Of a stretch of DNA of 64,000 bases, positions 62,799-64,000 are shown piece after piece. Position numbers and translations under genes: made by a program. Position 1 is the first letter of the stretch, and each line of letters starts with the position of its first letter. The notes beneath the pieces are model-generated. The model ran no database searches. It worked only from the letters and a program-made list of their open reading frames with translations, and was not told the DNA's origin. Source of the stretch: Paludibacteraceae bacterium (GTDB lineage: Bacteria > Bacteroidota > Bacteroidia > Bacteroidales > Paludibacteraceae); assembly GCA_045654945.1 (NCBI GenBank), contig JAZOOG010000017.1:46066-110065 (forward strand), in the 5' to 3' direction.

Positions 62799-63728
62799 AT
62801 GTTAGGAATTATTATTAACCCAAAATCAGGTAAACGCGCATTCCGTATGCAACGACTTTACCTGTGGAGATTGCTCAAAGCACGTCGTCAACCTTTCATA
62901 TATCGCGTGACTAAATATGCTAACCACGCTATAGAACTGGCACGAGAACTCGTAGAGGAGAAAGCTTGTACCCAAATCCTCATATTGGGCGGCGACGGCA
63001 CACTCAGCGAAGTCATCAACGGCATCATGCGCGCCGAACTCACGCCCGAACAACGTGCCAATATCCAGTTTGGACTCATGCCCCGAGGTACTGGCAACGA
63101 CTTCGCAAGACACTGGGGACTCAACAAAGACTTCAAACGCTCGTTGGACATCTTCTTCCAAGGAAAAACCAAACCCATAGACGTGGGTTGCGTCACCTAT
63201 TGGCGAAACAATATACCGCACCATCGCTACTTCATCAACTCCCTGGGCTTTGGTATCGAACCTATGGCCTGCCGATACGCCGAGAGTCTAAAGTACTATA
63301 TCGGTAGCCACCATGTCAACTACCTCTTTGCGCTGGTATGGTCGCTGACCAAGTATAAGAATCCACACTTGCGCTTGGATGTAGATGGCAAGACCATTGT
63401 TGAAAGCAAGATGTTTGTTACCAGCATCGCCAATGGCTCGTTTGTCGGTGGTGGCATGAGGCTCAATCCCGATGCCGACCCTTGCGATGGCGTACTACAT
63501 GCTATGTTTATCACACCGCCCACCTTCAAACAGATCTTGCAAGCCATACCTCGTCTGTTCAATGGTAAGTTGCACGAACTCTCCTTTGTTCATCCTGTCG
63601 TATCAGACAACCTGCTCATGCACACCAAGCAGCACCAGTCCTTTGAGGCGGATGGCATCGTGATGGACGTCACTGGCCCATGCCAAGTAACCTGCATGAA
63701 AGGAGCGTTGCAGATGATAGTCCCATAG
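62799..63728 (+). CDS. Diacylglycerol/lipid kinase family protein (YegS/DagK-like)
   Basis: ILILGGDGTLSEVINGI and PRGTGNDFAR are DAGK catalytic-domain motifs. Confidence 0.85.
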   Translation: MLGIIINPKSGKRAFRMQRLYLWRLLKARRQPFIYRVTKYANHAIELARELVEEKACTQILILGGDGTLSEVINGIMRAELTPEQRANIQFGLMPRGTGNDFARHWGLNKDFKRSLDIFFQGKTKPIDVGCVTYWRNNIPHHRYFINSLGFGIEPMACRYAESLKYYIGSHHVNYLFALVWSLTKYKNPHLRLDVDGKTIVESKMFVTSIANGSFVGGGMRLNPDADPCDGVLHAMFITPPTFKQILQAIPRLFNGKLHELSFVHPVVSDNLLMHTKQHQSFEADGIVMDVTGPCQVTCMKGALQMIVP

Positions 63729-63752
63729 CCTCTCGCCTCTCGCCTTTAGCCT
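63727..63752. repeat. R1 heptamer array between convergent gene ends
   Basis: agcctctcgcctctcgcctttagcct. Confidence 0.85.
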
Positions 63753-63756
63753 ATAG

Positions 63757-64000
63757 TTAAAGGCTGGCAGCAAAGGCTTCGGCATCAGCCAGTTGGTCGA
63801 TCTTACCCACATCCATCATACGATAATTCTCGGGGATAAATGCCCTGAGAATTTCTTTTTCGGCTATACTGAGATAGAGATCTATCAGCGAGAACTTCTC
63901 GCCCTTCTCCTCTACCACCTTATCCATCACTTCAAAGATACGTGGATTCAGCACCTGCATACCCGAGAAGGCTAAGTTTCGGGTTTCGGGTATTGGATAT
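63757..64000 (-). CDS. Sugar-phosphate nucleotidyltransferase family protein (MurU-like), C-terminal part. The gene runs off the window end.
   Basis: The frame stays open to the window edge: ..YPIPETRNLAFSGMQVLNPRIFEVMD...KFSLIDLYLSIAEKE...MDVGKIDQL. PETRN is encoded by CCCGAAA heptamer units. Confidence 0.6.
   Translation of the reverse strand, partial: YPIPETRNLAFSGMQVLNPRIFEVMDKVVEEKGEKFSLIDLYLSIAEKEILRAFIPENYRMMDVGKIDQLADAEAFAASL

Overview
The window looks like a chromosomal segment of a Bacteroidota genome, probably Prevotellaceae-like. Evidence for that: many TTG...TAnnTTTG promoters directly before genes, no Shine-Dalgarno sequences, the rpmB-rpmG-DUF4295 gene order, Listeria-Bacteroides repeat surface proteins and a T9SS-like C-terminal tail. 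No rRNA, tRNA, CRISPR array or intact mobile element was seen.

Gene content:
- Purine genes, minus strand: purT (partial), folD, purD, purH, purM, purL and purE, with a Fic/HTH gene inserted between purM and purL.
- htpG, then a decayed AT-rich islet, a PBP1A gene and a TPR protein.
- A 17-kb minus-strand block: guaA (degenerate amidotransferase domain), guaB, pyrB fused to a PyrI-type zinc domain, a 972-aa secreted protein, pyrE, pyrF, pyrD, pyrK, pyrC, hemW, a serine hydrolase, rarA and recN.
- A plus-strand block: a steroid 5-alpha-reductase homolog, an OYE-type flavin reductase and an SDR (candidate bile-acid/steroid cluster), then gmd and fcl.
- A 1.3-kb structured non-coding leader followed by three large paralogous modular surface proteins (570, 1150 and 2121 aa) and a small C-terminally anchored protein.
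- A ZIP transporter, rpmB, rpmG, DUF4295, a DagK-family lipid kinase and a partial nucleotidyltransferase.

The most unusual signal is not a gene. Almost every gene boundary carries short tandem arrays with a strict 7-bp period, in several sequence families (CTCGCCT/TTAACCT, CTACACT, CGGGAAT, GGCTATT, TTCATAA, GTTTAAT). The same arrays occur in frame inside housekeeping ORFs (recN, rarA, pyrK, hemW, PBP1A, ZIP), where they encode heptapeptide-periodic inserts. A second family is a 10-bp-phased GTTCAA/TTGAAC palindromic array around a GCGAAGC mini-hairpin. It occupies three intercistronic junctions in nucleotide-biosynthesis operons. Two larger dispersed repeat cassettes are also present.

All functional calls come from reading the translations by eye. 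No database search was run.
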